A DNA stretch of 51,706 nt from Patescibacteria group bacterium (GTDB lineage Bacteria > Patescibacteriota > Microgenomatia > UBA8517), in assembly GCA_038206135.1 (NCBI GenBank), contig JBBRBD010000007.1, positions 1-51,706 on the forward strand, read 5' to 3'. Of the stretch, positions 8,689 to 17,774 are shown one piece after another. Numbering within the stretch: the first letter of the stretch is position 1; every line of letters begins with the position of its first letter. The notes under the pieces were generated by a model. The model searched no databases. It worked only from the letters and a program-made list of their open reading frames with translations, and was not told where the DNA came from. The translations under genes and the position numbers were made by a program.

Positions 8689-8719
8689 TTTTTTGCCTCC
8701 TTATAACTTGTGCTCACCT

Positions 8720-8747
8720 AGTTTAGCCCAATTAATTTCAAATGCAA
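8720..8747 (-). promoter_or_regulatory. Sigma70-type promoter for the precursor
   Basis: - strand TTGCAT-16 nt-TAAACT, ~30 nt upstream of ATG. Confidence 0.45.
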
Positions 8748-8790
8748 GAAGTAAAACATCCCATTTATGCAAAAAAAAGGTTGTGAGGAT

Positions 8791-10074
8791 CTAATTCAAA
8801 TACTTCTCATACTTGTTCATCACCATTTGAGATTCAATAGTACGAACTAAATCAAGAACAACTGAAACAACGATTAATAGTCCAGTTCCTCCAATTGCCA
8901 AGTTTGTTGTACCAATAGCGTTTTGGAAGAGTGATGGCAAAATTGCAATTGCCCCTAAAAATGCTGCTCCAAACATGGTAATTCTGTTTAAAACAAAGTT
9001 CAGGTACTTTTCGGTATTCTCCCCAGGTCTCACTCCCGGAATGAACCCGCCACTCTTCTTTAAGTTCTCTGCAATTTTTTCTGGATTGAATACGACTGTC
9101 GTATAAAAATAGGTAAAAGCAACAACAAGCAAAAAGTAAAAAATATTATAAACTGCAGACTTTGGGTTAAAAAGCTGAGTTAATGTAACAGCAAAGCTTG
9201 CAAGTTGTGGGTTTCCAGACCCACCTAAGAATTGTGAAATAAGGGTTGGCAACAGAACCAAAGAAACGGCAAAGATAATTGGAATAACTCCAGCTTGATT
9301 TACCCTGAGTGGAATATACGAGCGATCTCCTCCGACAAACTCTTTTGCACGACGAGAATAATGAATTGGAATTTGTCTCATTGCTTCATTTACGAGAACG
9401 ACAAGTGCCATGATAATGACCGCAATTGCCACGAATATAACTATTTTTATAGTGTCCTCAGGTCGAAGCGTTGACAAAGTTTGTCTAAACATTGAAGGAA
9501 AACGAGAAATAATTCCAGCGAAAATCAAAAACGAGACTCCGTTTCCGAGGCCGTATTCAGTAATAAGTTCTCCAAGCCAAACGGTGAATAGTGTACCGGC
9601 TGTCATGGTAATAATAAGGGTGATTAAACCAAGGGGACTTAAGTTAGGTAGTACTCCAGTGTTTTTCAACAGAGCATACATTCCAAATGCCTGAAACACT
9701 GAAAGTGGAAGTGTCAAAAATCGAGTATATTGATTAATTTTTTCTTGTCCGAACTCACCTTCTTTTGAAAGCTCTTCAAGGGAAGGGATCACAAAGGATA
9801 ACAGTTGAATCACAATAGAGGCATTAATATACGGGTTTAAACCAAGTGCAAGAATAGAGAAGTTTGCAAGTGTTCCACCTGAAAAAATATCAAGAAGGGA
9901 GAAGAATGCGTTACCTGACAGAAGTGAACTAAAAGAATCGCGGTTTATTCCAATTGCGGGGATATGTGCTGCAAAACGAAAGACCACCAAGATAGCGGCA
10001 GTTATAAGGAGCTTTTTCCTGACTTCGCGGATTTCAATACTCCGTTTAAAAAACGAAAAAATATCTGTAAACAT
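8791..10074 (-). CDS. secY: Preprotein translocase SecY
   Basis: SILALGLNPYINASIV, GLGNGVS, AGVIPIIFA, FIPGVRPG, GGTGLLIVV. Confidence 0.98.
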   Translation of the reverse strand: MFTDIFSFFKRSIEIREVRKKLLITAAILVVFRFAAHIPAIGINRDSFSSLLSGNAFFSLLDIFSGGTLANFSILALGLNPYINASIVIQLLSFVIPSLEELSKEGEFGQEKINQYTRFLTLPLSVFQAFGMYALLKNTGVLPNLSPLGLITLIITMTAGTLFTVWLGELITEYGLGNGVSFLIFAGIISRFPSMFRQTLSTLRPEDTIKIVIFVAIAVIIMALVVLVNEAMRQIPIHYSRRAKEFVGGDRSYIPLRVNQAGVIPIIFAVSLVLLPTLISQFLGGSGNPQLASFAVTLTQLFNPKSAVYNIFYFLLVVAFTYFYTTVVFNPEKIAENLKKSGGFIPGVRPGENTEKYLNFVLNRITMFGAAFLGAIAILPSLFQNAIGTTNLAIGGTGLLIVVSVVLDLVRTIESQMVMNKYEKYLN

Positions 10075-10077
10075 TAA

Positions 10078-10509
10078 TTAAGCAATTGTACCACCAGCTT
10101 TTTCGATCGAAGCTTTCGCGCTTTCTGAAGCTGCAACAGAAAGAACATACTTTTTTGTGACTTCTCCATTACCCAAAATTTTTGCACCGTTTGCTTTGTA
10201 TTTTCGAGGAATGAATCCATGTTCAATAAGCACTTTCATTGTTACCTCTCCAGCGGGAAGAGTATTCAGTTGTTCAATTGATACAGTAACTGGTTTTGGT
10301 CGAGCTGCATTTCTTTGCTTACCAGGAAGAACAGGTAAACGATGCAATAGAGACTTTTTAGTTTTAACACCTTCAAAAAGTACGTGAACTGTATATCGAG
10401 CTTTTTGACCTTTTTGACCACGGCCTGTTGTGTGGAAACCTTTTCCACTTCCAACACCACGGCCTACACGCTTTTTTGTTTTTTGAACGACTGTTAAATT
10501 GTTATACAT
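10078..10509 (-). CDS. rplO: 50S ribosomal protein L15
   Basis: RVGRGVGSGKG, GRGQKGQKAR, FEG, KILGNG, IEKAGG; start moved to ATG 10509 overlapping the rpsE stop. Confidence 0.95.
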   Translation of the reverse strand: MYNNLTVVQKTKKRVGRGVGSGKGFHTTGRGQKGQKARYTVHVLFEGVKTKKSLLHRLPVLPGKQRNAARPKPVTVSIEQLNTLPAGEVTMKVLIEHGFIPRKYKANGAKILGNGEVTKKYVLSVAASESAKASIEKAGGTIA

Positions 10510-10987
10510 TTTTTTGTCTTCTTTCAACGAGTTGTGTTATCTTTTCTAAAGCTTCAATAGTTGCATAAACGTTACTAATTTTATTGTTTGTTCCCAAACT
10601 TTTTCCAACAGCATCATGAATTCCAGCAAGCTCTAAAACGACTCGTACTGTTCCTCCGGCAATAATACCTGATCCTGGTGGAGCGGGCTTTAACATAACT
10701 TTTGCAGCTCCATATTTAATGTTCACTTCATATGGAATTGTTGTTCCACGTCGGGGTACAACGATCATATGTTTTTTAGCATTAGAAACTGCTTTTTGAA
10801 TCGCACCTCGTACGTCTTTTGCCTTGGCTATAGCCGCTCCAACTTTTCCATTTCGGTCTCCAACTACAACAAGAGCAGAAAACCTCATTTGGTTTCCACC
10901 TTTGGTTTTTTTGGAAACTCGATTAAGTTGTACGACTTTTTCGTCAAACTCTTTTTGATATCCGTCTTGGTATGAATCGTTTCTCAT
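10502..10987 (-). CDS. rpsE: 30S ribosomal protein S5
   Basis: RVSKKTKGG, FSALVVVGD, PAPPGSGIIAGG, KSLGTNN. Confidence 0.97.
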   Translation of the reverse strand: MRNDSYQDGYQKEFDEKVVQLNRVSKKTKGGNQMRFSALVVVGDRNGKVGAAIAKAKDVRGAIQKAVSNAKKHMIVVPRRGTTIPYEVNIKYGAAKVMLKPAPPGSGIIAGGTVRVVLELAGIHDAVGKSLGTNNKISNVYATIEALEKITQLVERRQKNV

Positions 10988-10996
10988 ATAGTTGTT

Positions 10997-11305
10997 TTAG
11001 AAAACCAAACCTCCAGCACGAGCTGCATCTGCAAGCGCTTTTATTCGACCATGATAAATATATCCATTTCTGTCAAATACTACAGCCTTCACTTTTTTAT
11101 CAATTATTTTCTTTGCAATTTCAGTTCCAACTGTTGTACTGTCTGATCCATGAGCTTCTGCAATAGTAACCCCAGTCACATCATTTACAGCCTGTGCATA
11201 CATTGTCGTATTTGATCGAAACACAGTAAGTCTAGGTCTTTCTTCAGTTCCGGAAAGACGACCTCTAATTCTCATTTTTCGTTTTAATCTGTCTTTTTTT
11301 AACAT
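10997..11305 (-). CDS. rplR: 50S ribosomal protein L18
   Basis: [26 protein letters not shown]. Confidence 0.97.
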   Translation of the reverse strand: MLKKDRLKRKMRIRGRLSGTEERPRLTVFRSNTTMYAQAVNDVTGVTIAEAHGSDSTTVGTEIAKKIIDKKVKAVVFDRNGYIYHGRIKALADAARAGGLVF

Positions 11306-11317
11306 ATTAGATAATTA

Positions 11318-11854
11318 TTACTTAGCTGCTTGTTTTCCTGCTTTTCTACGAATAACTTCAGTTGTGTATTTAATTCCTGAACCTTTATATGGTTCTGGTG
11401 GACGAGATGCTCTCACCAAAGCTGAGACATGTCCTACAATTTCTTTGTCAGACCCTTCGACGGTTACAATAGATTTTTCAACTTTAAAAGTCAAACCTTG
11501 TGGTGCATTGATAATAACAGGATGAGAATATCCAATTTGCATAACTAAGTCCTGACCTTTTACTTCTGCTCTGTATCCTGCTCCTACGATTTCAAGTTGT
11601 TTACTCCAGCCTGTTGTGACACCAGTCATCATATTAATTAAATGTGCGCGAGTTGTACCTTGATTTGCTGAAACCACTTTACTTTCATTTTTACCTAAGA
11701 CACTTGCTGTTAAGCCATCAACCGCAATTGATACTCCTTGTGGAAGATCTCGAGAAAGTGTTCCCTTTGGGCCATTTACAGACAACGTTTGATCAGTTAC
11801 TTGAATAGTAACTCCTGTAGGGATTGTAATTGGTAGTTTTCCAAATCGTGACAT
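11318..11854 (-). CDS. rplF: 50S ribosomal protein L6
   Basis: MSRFGKLPI, GPKGTL, GAGYRA, RPPEPYKGSGI. Confidence 0.97.
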   Translation of the reverse strand: MSRFGKLPITIPTGVTIQVTDQTLSVNGPKGTLSRDLPQGVSIAVDGLTASVLGKNESKVVSANQGTTRAHLINMMTGVTTGWSKQLEIVGAGYRAEVKGQDLVMQIGYSHPVIINAPQGLTFKVEKSIVTVEGSDKEIVGHVSALVRASRPPEPYKGSGIKYTTEVIRRKAGKQAAK

Positions 11855-11863
11855 ATATGTGTA

Positions 11864-12247
11864 TTACAGAATTTCAACAACAACTTCTCCACCGACTCCA
11901 GCTTTAAGAGCTTCTTTAGAACTTAAAATTCCTTTTGACGTTGACAGAATAAGCAAACTTGATTTTTTACGAAGATTAAGCTCAGCCGCACTCATGTACA
12001 AGTGAAGACCTGGTGTTGAAACAAGTTTCAATCCCAAAAGCATTGGTTCTTTGTTTCTATATGCCAAATGAACAATTATTTCTCTCTTTCCTTCTACAAC
12101 TTCAAAGTCTCGAACAAGTCCTGCTCGCTTTAATGCTTCAACAACATTCTTAACGAAGTTTGACTTCACAACAATAACACTCTTGTGTTTCGCAAGAGCA
12201 CCGTTCTTCATTCTAATAAGTGAATCTCCAATTGTGTATGTAACCAT
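11864..12247 (-). CDS. rpsH: 30S ribosomal protein S8
   Basis: IGDSLIRMKN, VSTPGL, ILSTSKGI, GVGGEV; start moved to ATG 12247 so it does not overlap S14. Confidence 0.95.
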   Translation of the reverse strand: MVTYTIGDSLIRMKNGALAKHKSVIVVKSNFVKNVVEALKRAGLVRDFEVVEGKREIIVHLAYRNKEPMLLGLKLVSTPGLHLYMSAAELNLRKKSSLLILSTSKGILSSKEALKAGVGGEVVVEIL

Positions 12248-12261
12248 ATTTATTTTTGTTG

Positions 12262-12447
12262 TTACCAACTAGCCTTTCTTATTCCTGGGATCTCTCCTTT
12301 GTTTACCAGTTCTCGGAAACAAATTCTACAAATTCCAAATTTTCTCATATATCCACGTGGTCTTCCGCAGATTTTGCAACGGTTTCTAAATTTCGATTTA
12401 TATTTTGGTTTTAGTGTTTGTTTAACTAATTGACTTTCTCGTGCCAT
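12262..12447 (-). CDS. rpsZ: 30S ribosomal protein S14 type Z
   Basis: [10 protein letters not shown]...CRICFRE...IPGIRKASW. Confidence 0.97.
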   Translation of the reverse strand: MARESQLVKQTLKPKYKSKFRNRCKICGRPRGYMRKFGICRICFRELVNKGEIPGIRKASW

Positions 12448-12459
12448 ATTTTTAAATTA

Positions 12460-13014
12460 TTATTCTGCCTTTTCAAACGGCATTCCCAATACTTCAAGCA
12501 TTCTCTTCCCTTTTTCTGGGTTTCCCGCATTTGTAACGACTGTAATTTCAAATCCTCGAACTTTATCTACTTTAGCTAAATCGATTTCAGGAAAAACTGT
12601 GTATTCAGTAATTCCATAAGTATAATTTCCTCGTCCATCAAATTTTGCTGGAATTCCTCGAAAGTCACGGAATCGTGGGAATACAACTGAAATTAATTTA
12701 TCCAAAAAGGCAAACATCCGCTCACCTCTCAAAGTCACTGTAAGACCTACCGGTTGTCCTTCACGGAGAGCAAACCCTGCAATTGATAGTCGTGCAGCTT
12801 GCACTTTTGGCTTTTGCCCTGTGATTGCTGCCATCTCATTCAAAAGTCGTGCATAAATTTCTTTATTGCGTAAATCCTGGCCTGTCCCCATGTTCACAAC
12901 AACTTTTGAAAGCCTTGGCAAGGCTGAAACGTTTTTAATACCGAATTCCTCAGCGAAAACCTTAGGAAACTCTGTATTATACTTCTCTTTTACTGAAATG
13001 TGTTTAGCGTCCAT
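12460..13014 (-). CDS. rplE: 50S ribosomal protein L5
   Basis: KVVVNMG, ITGQKP, VTLRG, PRFRDFRG, FDGRGNY. Confidence 0.97.
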   Translation of the reverse strand: MDAKHISVKEKYNTEFPKVFAEEFGIKNVSALPRLSKVVVNMGTGQDLRNKEIYARLLNEMAAITGQKPKVQAARLSIAGFALREGQPVGLTVTLRGERMFAFLDKLISVVFPRFRDFRGIPAKFDGRGNYTYGITEYTVFPEIDLAKVDKVRGFEITVVTNAGNPEKGKRMLEVLGMPFEKAE

Positions 13015-13016
13015 AA

Positions 13017-13343
13017 TTATTTAGTAACTGTGTTAATCAATTCATTGCCTTTAGCTGAAACTCTAATTTTTTTGTCTCCTGAAATTTGAAACTTAACTCG
13101 GGTTGGTTTTCCAGTTTTCGGGTCAACGATTGCGAGCTTACTCATCGCAATTGGTCGAAATAGTTCATATACGCCACCTTTGCCGTCTCGAGCAACTTGA
13201 GCCTTTACATGCTTTTTATAAAGTCCGACACCAGGAATATAAGCAGTTCCTTTTTTAGGAAAAACAATCTCAACAACACCTTCTTTACCCTTGTCACTTC
13301 CGGTGATTACTTGCACTTTGTCTCCTTTTCTAATTTTTAACAT
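13017..13343 (-). CDS. rplX: 50S ribosomal protein L24
   Basis: KIRKGDKVQVITGSDKGKEG KOW motif; KKHVK. Confidence 0.96.
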   Translation of the reverse strand: MLKIRKGDKVQVITGSDKGKEGVVEIVFPKKGTAYIPGVGLYKKHVKAQVARDGKGGVYELFRPIAMSKLAIVDPKTGKPTRVKFQISGDKKIRVSAKGNELINTVTK

Positions 13344-13348
13344 GTTTT

Positions 13349-13714
13349 TTAAAATACTTCTGGTGCCAATGAACTAATCTTTGTGTATCCTGCTTCTTTA
13401 ACTTCACGAGCGATTGGTCCAAGAACGCGAGTTCCTCGAGGCAACCCTTGTTTATCAATAACTACTCCAGCATTATCGTCAAATCTCAAAAATGTTCCAT
13501 CTTTTCGACGAATTTCTTTTCGAGTTCTAACAATTACAACCATTACCTTTTCGCGATCAGCTACAGCCCCGTTTGGATCTGCACCATGTACAACAGCCTT
13601 AACGACCTGTCCTACAGTTGCTTTTCTTCCAATTCTGTGCGAAATACCAAATACAGACAATAGCTTTGCTCCTGAATTGTCAGCTGGTTTAAGTACAGAT
13701 CTTAATTGAATCAT
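13349..13714 (-). CDS. rplN: 50S ribosomal protein L14
   Basis: ADNSGAK, FDDNA, GTRVLGPIARE, SLAPEV. Confidence 0.97.
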   Translation of the reverse strand: MIQLRSVLKPADNSGAKLLSVFGISHRIGRKATVGQVVKAVVHGADPNGAVADREKVMVVIVRTRKEIRRKDGTFLRFDDNAGVVIDKQGLPRGTRVLGPIAREVKEAGYTKISSLAPEVF

Positions 13715-13716
13715 AA

Positions 13717-14046
13717 TTATTTCTTAACTGTTTTCTTAATTGGCTTCGCTTTTGTTACTGTCTTTTTTGGTTCAACCTGAGCTTTTGGGGCCTTTGCTAC
13801 TACTGTCACTTTTTTAGCTTCAGTTTTAGTTTCAACAATCTTCCAACGTTTAAGCTTCGAAATTGGTGCGCATGCAACAAAGTTCACCATTTCTCCAACT
13901 TTGTGGCCCATTTCATCGTGAACCTGATATTTCTCTGTTCTTTTAATTCGTTTTTTATACAAAGGATGAGAAATAAATCGAGTCACAGAAATAGTGGCTG
14001 TTTTTGCCATTTTTGTACTGGTTATAACACCTGTTATGATTTTCAT
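13717..14046 (-). CDS. rpsQ: 30S ribosomal protein S17 with Lys-rich tail
   Basis: KMAKT, HPLYKK, VHDE, PISKLKRW. Confidence 0.96.
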   Translation of the reverse strand: MKIITGVITSTKMAKTATISVTRFISHPLYKKRIKRTEKYQVHDEMGHKVGEMVNFVACAPISKLKRWKIVETKTEAKKVTVVAKAPKAQVEPKKTVTKAKPIKKTVKK

Positions 14047-14047
14047 A

Positions 14048-14251
14048 TTATTTTTGATTTTGCTTTTCAGTGATCAATGTTTTAAGTTGAGCAACTTCTC
14101 TTCGAGCCGCGAGGGCTATTTTAACATTACTTTTGGTTTCTCCCAAACGTGGCATCTGTGCTTTTACTATTTGGGACTTCAAAATAGCAATGCGCTCAGT
14201 CATTTTTTCGACTGTTTCGTTTCTAGTTTCTTTGAGTTCTCGTGATTTCAT
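14048..14251 (-). CDS. rpmC: 50S ribosomal protein L29
   Basis: MKSRELK...RREVAQLKTL; canonical position; start moved to ATG 14251. Confidence 0.9.
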   Translation of the reverse strand: MKSRELKETRNETVEKMTERIAILKSQIVKAQMPRLGETKSNVKIALAARREVAQLKTLITEKQNQK

Positions 14252-14258
14252 ATATTTT

Positions 14259-14675
14259 TTATAGTTCTGTTTCTTTGTTAATAAACTTTGTTTTAAATGG
14301 CATTTTGTCACTTGCGCGAGATAGTGCAACTTTGGCGACGTCAACACTTACTCCAGAAATTTCATAAATCATGCGGCCTGGTTTAATAACTACCACATAT
14401 CTATCAATTTCTCCTTTTCCGCTTCCCATACGTTGTCCCGCAGCTCGTGCAGTAACAGGCTTATCAGGAAAGACTCGAATCCATAGGCGACCTTTTCGTT
14501 TTAAGTTATTTGTAATAGCACGTCGTCCAGCTTCAAGTTGTGCGGCAGATAGCCATGCAACTTCAAGTGCTTTTAATCCAAATTCTCCAAAACTAAGTGC
14601 TGCTCCACGATCAGCCAAACCTGCGCGGCGGCCTCGTTGTTCTTTTCGATATTTTCTGCGTGCTGGTTGTAACAT
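14259..14675 (-). CDS. rplP: 50S ribosomal protein L16
   Basis: MLQP..KYRK, QLEAGR, WIRVFPDKP, RMGSGKG. Confidence 0.98.
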   Translation of the reverse strand: MLQPARRKYRKEQRGRRAGLADRGAALSFGEFGLKALEVAWLSAAQLEAGRRAITNNLKRKGRLWIRVFPDKPVTARAAGQRMGSGKGEIDRYVVVIKPGRMIYEISGVSVDVAKVALSRASDKMPFKTKFINKETEL

Positions 14676-14679
14676 ATTA

Positions 14680-15333
14680 TTATTCTTCGTCTTTCTGGTG
14701 AATCCATACCTTTACTCCAACATAACCTTTTTTCAAAAGTGCTGGTTTCTCTGCATAATCAATTATTTTCCTCAAAGTTTGAGAAGGAACAGACCCGACG
14801 TGAAACTTCTCAACGCGAGAAATGTCTGCACCACCGATACGTCCTGACAAAACTACTTTAATTCCAACTGCTCCAGAATTCATTGCACGCTCCATTGCTT
14901 TTGTCACAACTCTTCTGTGCGGCATGCGTCGTTCGAGATCTTGAATAATACGCATTACTGTAAGTTGTGCTGAAAGATCAGGGTTCTTAACTTCTCGAAC
15001 TTGAAAATCAATTTTTAAGTTTGCAGGAACCTTACCACGAACTTCTTTGATAATGTTCATAACAAACTTCTTCACATCTTCAATTCCTGCACCTCCGCGA
15101 CCAATAACTACTCCTGGTCGAGAAACATTTAAAATAATTACCATACTTTTAGTAAGTCGCTCAATTTCAACCGAAGTTATTCCGGCACTAACTAATCGAT
15201 CCATAAGTGCTTTTCGAATTTTTGCGTCTTCAACCAAGTATTCACTAAATTGCTTTTTGTCTGCAAACCAACGAGATCTCCATGGTAGGAATGATCCGGT
15301 TCTAAAGCCAATTGGATTTATTTTTTGTCCCAT
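14680..15333 (-). CDS. rpsC: 30S ribosomal protein S3
   Basis: MGQKINPIGFR, RPGVVIGRGG, SGRIGGA, GVKVWI. Confidence 0.98.
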   Translation of the reverse strand: MGQKINPIGFRTGSFLPWRSRWFADKKQFSEYLVEDAKIRKALMDRLVSAGITSVEIERLTKSMVIILNVSRPGVVIGRGGAGIEDVKKFVMNIIKEVRGKVPANLKIDFQVREVKNPDLSAQLTVMRIIQDLERRMPHRRVVTKAMERAMNSGAVGIKVVLSGRIGGADISRVEKFHVGSVPSQTLRKIIDYAEKPALLKKGYVGVKVWIHQKDEE

Positions 15334-15336
15334 ATA

Positions 15337-15762
15337 TTATTTTGTAACTTCATTCTTAACTGTCTTTTTTAATACCTTCTTTGGCGTTTCAACTACTTCT
15401 TTTTTTTGTTTTTTAACCTTCACCTTAGGCTCTTGTTCTACTAAAACAACTCGAATGTGTGCCATTTTCTTCTTAAATGGATGCCATTGACCTCGAGAAA
15501 CTTGATATCCGCGCTTTAATGCAGGTCCTTCAGATATTTGAATCTCTGCAAAAACCAGCTTAGACTCATCCGCACCTTGCTGTCTTGCGTTTGCAACTGC
15601 ACTTTGAACAACTTTCAAAACAGGTCCTGCTGCAAATCGTGGTGAATACGGCAAAACTTCAATTGCTGCGGCTGGCGTCAGCTTTCTTACACTATCAGCA
15701 ATAAGCCTGAGCTTTCGAGGAGTCATGCGAACAAACTTCTGTGTTGAAACGTATGTATTCAT
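15337..15762 (-). CDS. rplV: 50S ribosomal protein L22
   Basis: RMTPRKLRL, SAVANA, GPALKR. Confidence 0.95.
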   Translation of the reverse strand: MNTYVSTQKFVRMTPRKLRLIADSVRKLTPAAAIEVLPYSPRFAAGPVLKVVQSAVANARQQGADESKLVFAEIQISEGPALKRGYQVSRGQWHPFKKKMAHIRVVLVEQEPKVKVKKQKKEVVETPKKVLKKTVKNEVTK

Positions 15763-15763
15763 G

Positions 15764-16045
15764 TTATGTCTTATCGCTTGTTCTCTTTACCACTTGTCCA
15801 TGTCCTCTAAAGGTTCGAGTTGCAGAGAATTCACCAAGTCTATGTCCAACCATGTCTTCAGTTACAAAGACTTCAATAAAAATTCTTCCATTGTGAACCT
15901 GAAAATATTTTCCAACAAAAGCAGGTGCAATTTGACTTGAACGAGACCAAGTCTTAATTGCTTTTCCTTTTACACCCAAGCCAGCTTCCACCTTTTTAAC
16001 AAGGCGTTCGTCGACAAATGGTCCTTTTTTATTAGATCGTGACAT
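15764..16045 (-). CDS. rpsS: 30S ribosomal protein S19
   Basis: [26 protein letters not shown]. Confidence 0.98.
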   Translation of the reverse strand: MSRSNKKGPFVDERLVKKVEAGLGVKGKAIKTWSRSSQIAPAFVGKYFQVHNGRIFIEVFVTEDMVGHRLGEFSATRTFRGHGQVVKRTSDKT

Positions 16046-16048
16046 ATA

Positions 16049-16804
16049 TTAATAGTGACTATGCTTTCCTGGCTTTCTCTTTTGAACAATCATACCAGTT
16101 GAATATTTCTTCTTTCGGCGTGTCTTTCCAACAGCTTTCTTTCCAACGTAGGTCTTTGGATACTTAAGGCCAACACTACTTCTTCCCTCTCCTCCACCAT
16201 GTGGATGTGCACCTGGATGCATCGCAACTCCGCGTACTCGAGGTCGAACACCGAGATGTCGCATTCTCCCTGCTTTTCCAAGTCTTTCATGTCTGTGTCC
16301 AGCATTTCCAACTTGTCCAATTGTTGCCCAACAAAGTGGATTAAAACGCTTTATCTCTCCTGATGGAAGTTTGATAAGAATATGTTCTTCTTCTCTTCCC
16401 TGCAAAGTTGCTGCAGTTCCTGCGCTCTTTACAATCTGCCCCCCACGCCCTAAACGAATTTCGATATTGTGAATCGCAGTTCCGACTGGAATCTTCCCCA
16501 GTGGAAGTGCATTACCTGGCTCGACTGGAGCCGTTTCGGAAGCAATTATCTTTGCTCCAACCACAAGTCCATGAGGCGCCAAAGTATACCTTTTTTCTCC
16601 GTCTGCGTAAACAAGGAGAGCAACATCAGCAGTTCTATTAGGATCATATTCAATTGAAACCACTCTGGCTACAATGTCTCGCTTATCTCTCTTCGTATCA
16701 ATTATGCGTAAAAATCGCTTATGTCGTCCACCTTGATGCCTAACAGTAATCTTACCGTGTGAACGGCCACTTTTCTTTGGTAATATTTCGAATAAATTAT
16801 TCAT
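16049..16804 (-). CDS. rplB: 50S ribosomal protein L2 (N-terminally short)
   Basis: ITVRHQGG, IEYDPNR, RPRVRGVAM, HPHGGGEG. Confidence 0.98.
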   Translation of the reverse strand: MNNLFEILPKKSGRSHGKITVRHQGGRHKRFLRIIDTKRDKRDIVARVVSIEYDPNRTADVALLVYADGEKRYTLAPHGLVVGAKIIASETAPVEPGNALPLGKIPVGTAIHNIEIRLGRGGQIVKSAGTAATLQGREEEHILIKLPSGEIKRFNPLCWATIGQVGNAGHRHERLGKAGRMRHLGVRPRVRGVAMHPGAHPHGGGEGRSSVGLKYPKTYVGKKAVGKTRRKKKYSTGMIVQKRKPGKHSHY

Positions 16805-16809
16805 ATACG

Positions 16810-17124
16810 TTACTTCTTAGCTTCTTTTTTTGCTTTTGGTGCTGGCTTTTCAGCTTTTTTTTCTTGAGTAAAAAGCTCAATTGATTCTCCTTTTTTCAAC
16901 CAAACGATAGCCTTTTTCCAAGGAGCGGTTGTTACTTTCGTGCCTTTCATCGTACGACGAACGAGTCCTTTGTAATTCATAGTCGCAACATTAATGACAG
17001 TTACATTAAACAATTTTTCAATAACTTCCTTAATTTGATACTTCGATGAATCTCTTTGTACTTTAAAGGTATATCGACCTTTTTGTGCTTCTAAAAGTGT
17101 TTTTTCTGTAAATAATGGTTTCAT
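16810..17124 (-). CDS. rplW: 50S ribosomal protein L23
   Basis: PLFTEK, K.QIKE.IE.LF.V.V, WKKAIV. Confidence 0.95.
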   Translation of the reverse strand: MKPLFTEKTLLEAQKGRYTFKVQRDSSKYQIKEVIEKLFNVTVINVATMNYKGLVRRTMKGTKVTTAPWKKAIVWLKKGESIELFTQEKKAEKPAPKAKKEAKK

Positions 17125-17129
17125 AAATT

Positions 17130-17774
17130 TTATTTAGTTGTTTTTTTTGCTACTGCTTTTTTTGCGACTGGCTTCTTTTCAGCTTTCTCAACTTCTAAAA
17201 CACTAGAGTCGACCAGCAAAAAATGATGTGTAAGCATTGGATATGCATTCATGGTTTCCCAAGGAAATACACTTACGTTTGCAATATTTCGAAAAGCTTT
17301 TGCCTGAGCCCAATTTTTGACAGAAAGTGCAACTACTGCATTTCGAGCTCCGGTGTTTTTGATCAATAGTGATGCTTCCTTTGTTTTGTTAATTCCTTTG
17401 ATGTCAATCAATGCAAATTCATTTTGTGCAATTTTAAGTGCAATTGAACCAGATTTCGTCATTTTTCGCAAAGACTTCGTAAGTGTGTGAGTTGTCTTGA
17501 TTCCTTTTGGACCGTGAGTTACACCTCCACCAACAAAGATCGGAGCTTTTGCTGAACTATGTCGAGCGTTTCCTGTGTGCTTTTGCTTGTACATTTTTCT
17601 TGTGGTCAAAGAAACCATTCCGCGAGTTTGCACCATTGGAAGTCCAGTGTGGCTTCTCTCTCGATATACATGAAATGCTTGAGCGATAGATGAGAGTGGT
17701 GCTTCCTTTGAGAATCCGACAGGAAGTTTTACTTCACTAGAACTTTTTTGGGTATAGAGCTGTACTGTTGTCAT
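17130..17774 (-). CDS. rplD: 50S ribosomal protein L4
   Basis: TRG.V, QKHTGNARH, P.FVGGG..HGP, AFRNI. Confidence 0.95.
   Translation of the reverse strand: MTTVQLYTQKSSSEVKLPVGFSKEAPLSSIAQAFHVYRERSHTGLPMVQTRGMVSLTTRKMYKQKHTGNARHSSAKAPIFVGGGVTHGPKGIKTTHTLTKSLRKMTKSGSIALKIAQNEFALIDIKGINKTKEASLLIKNTGARNAVVALSVKNWAQAKAFRNIANVSVFPWETMNAYPMLTHHFLLVDSSVLEVEKAEKKPVAKKAVAKKTTK

Noticed and set aside
8493-8717. Alternative 74-aa - strand ORF, and + strand ORFs 8400-8642 and 8591-8794, over the precursor
   Set aside because: No SD and no T/S-D core. The 8497-8688 frame has a perfectly spaced AAGGAGG and RiPP-like composition.
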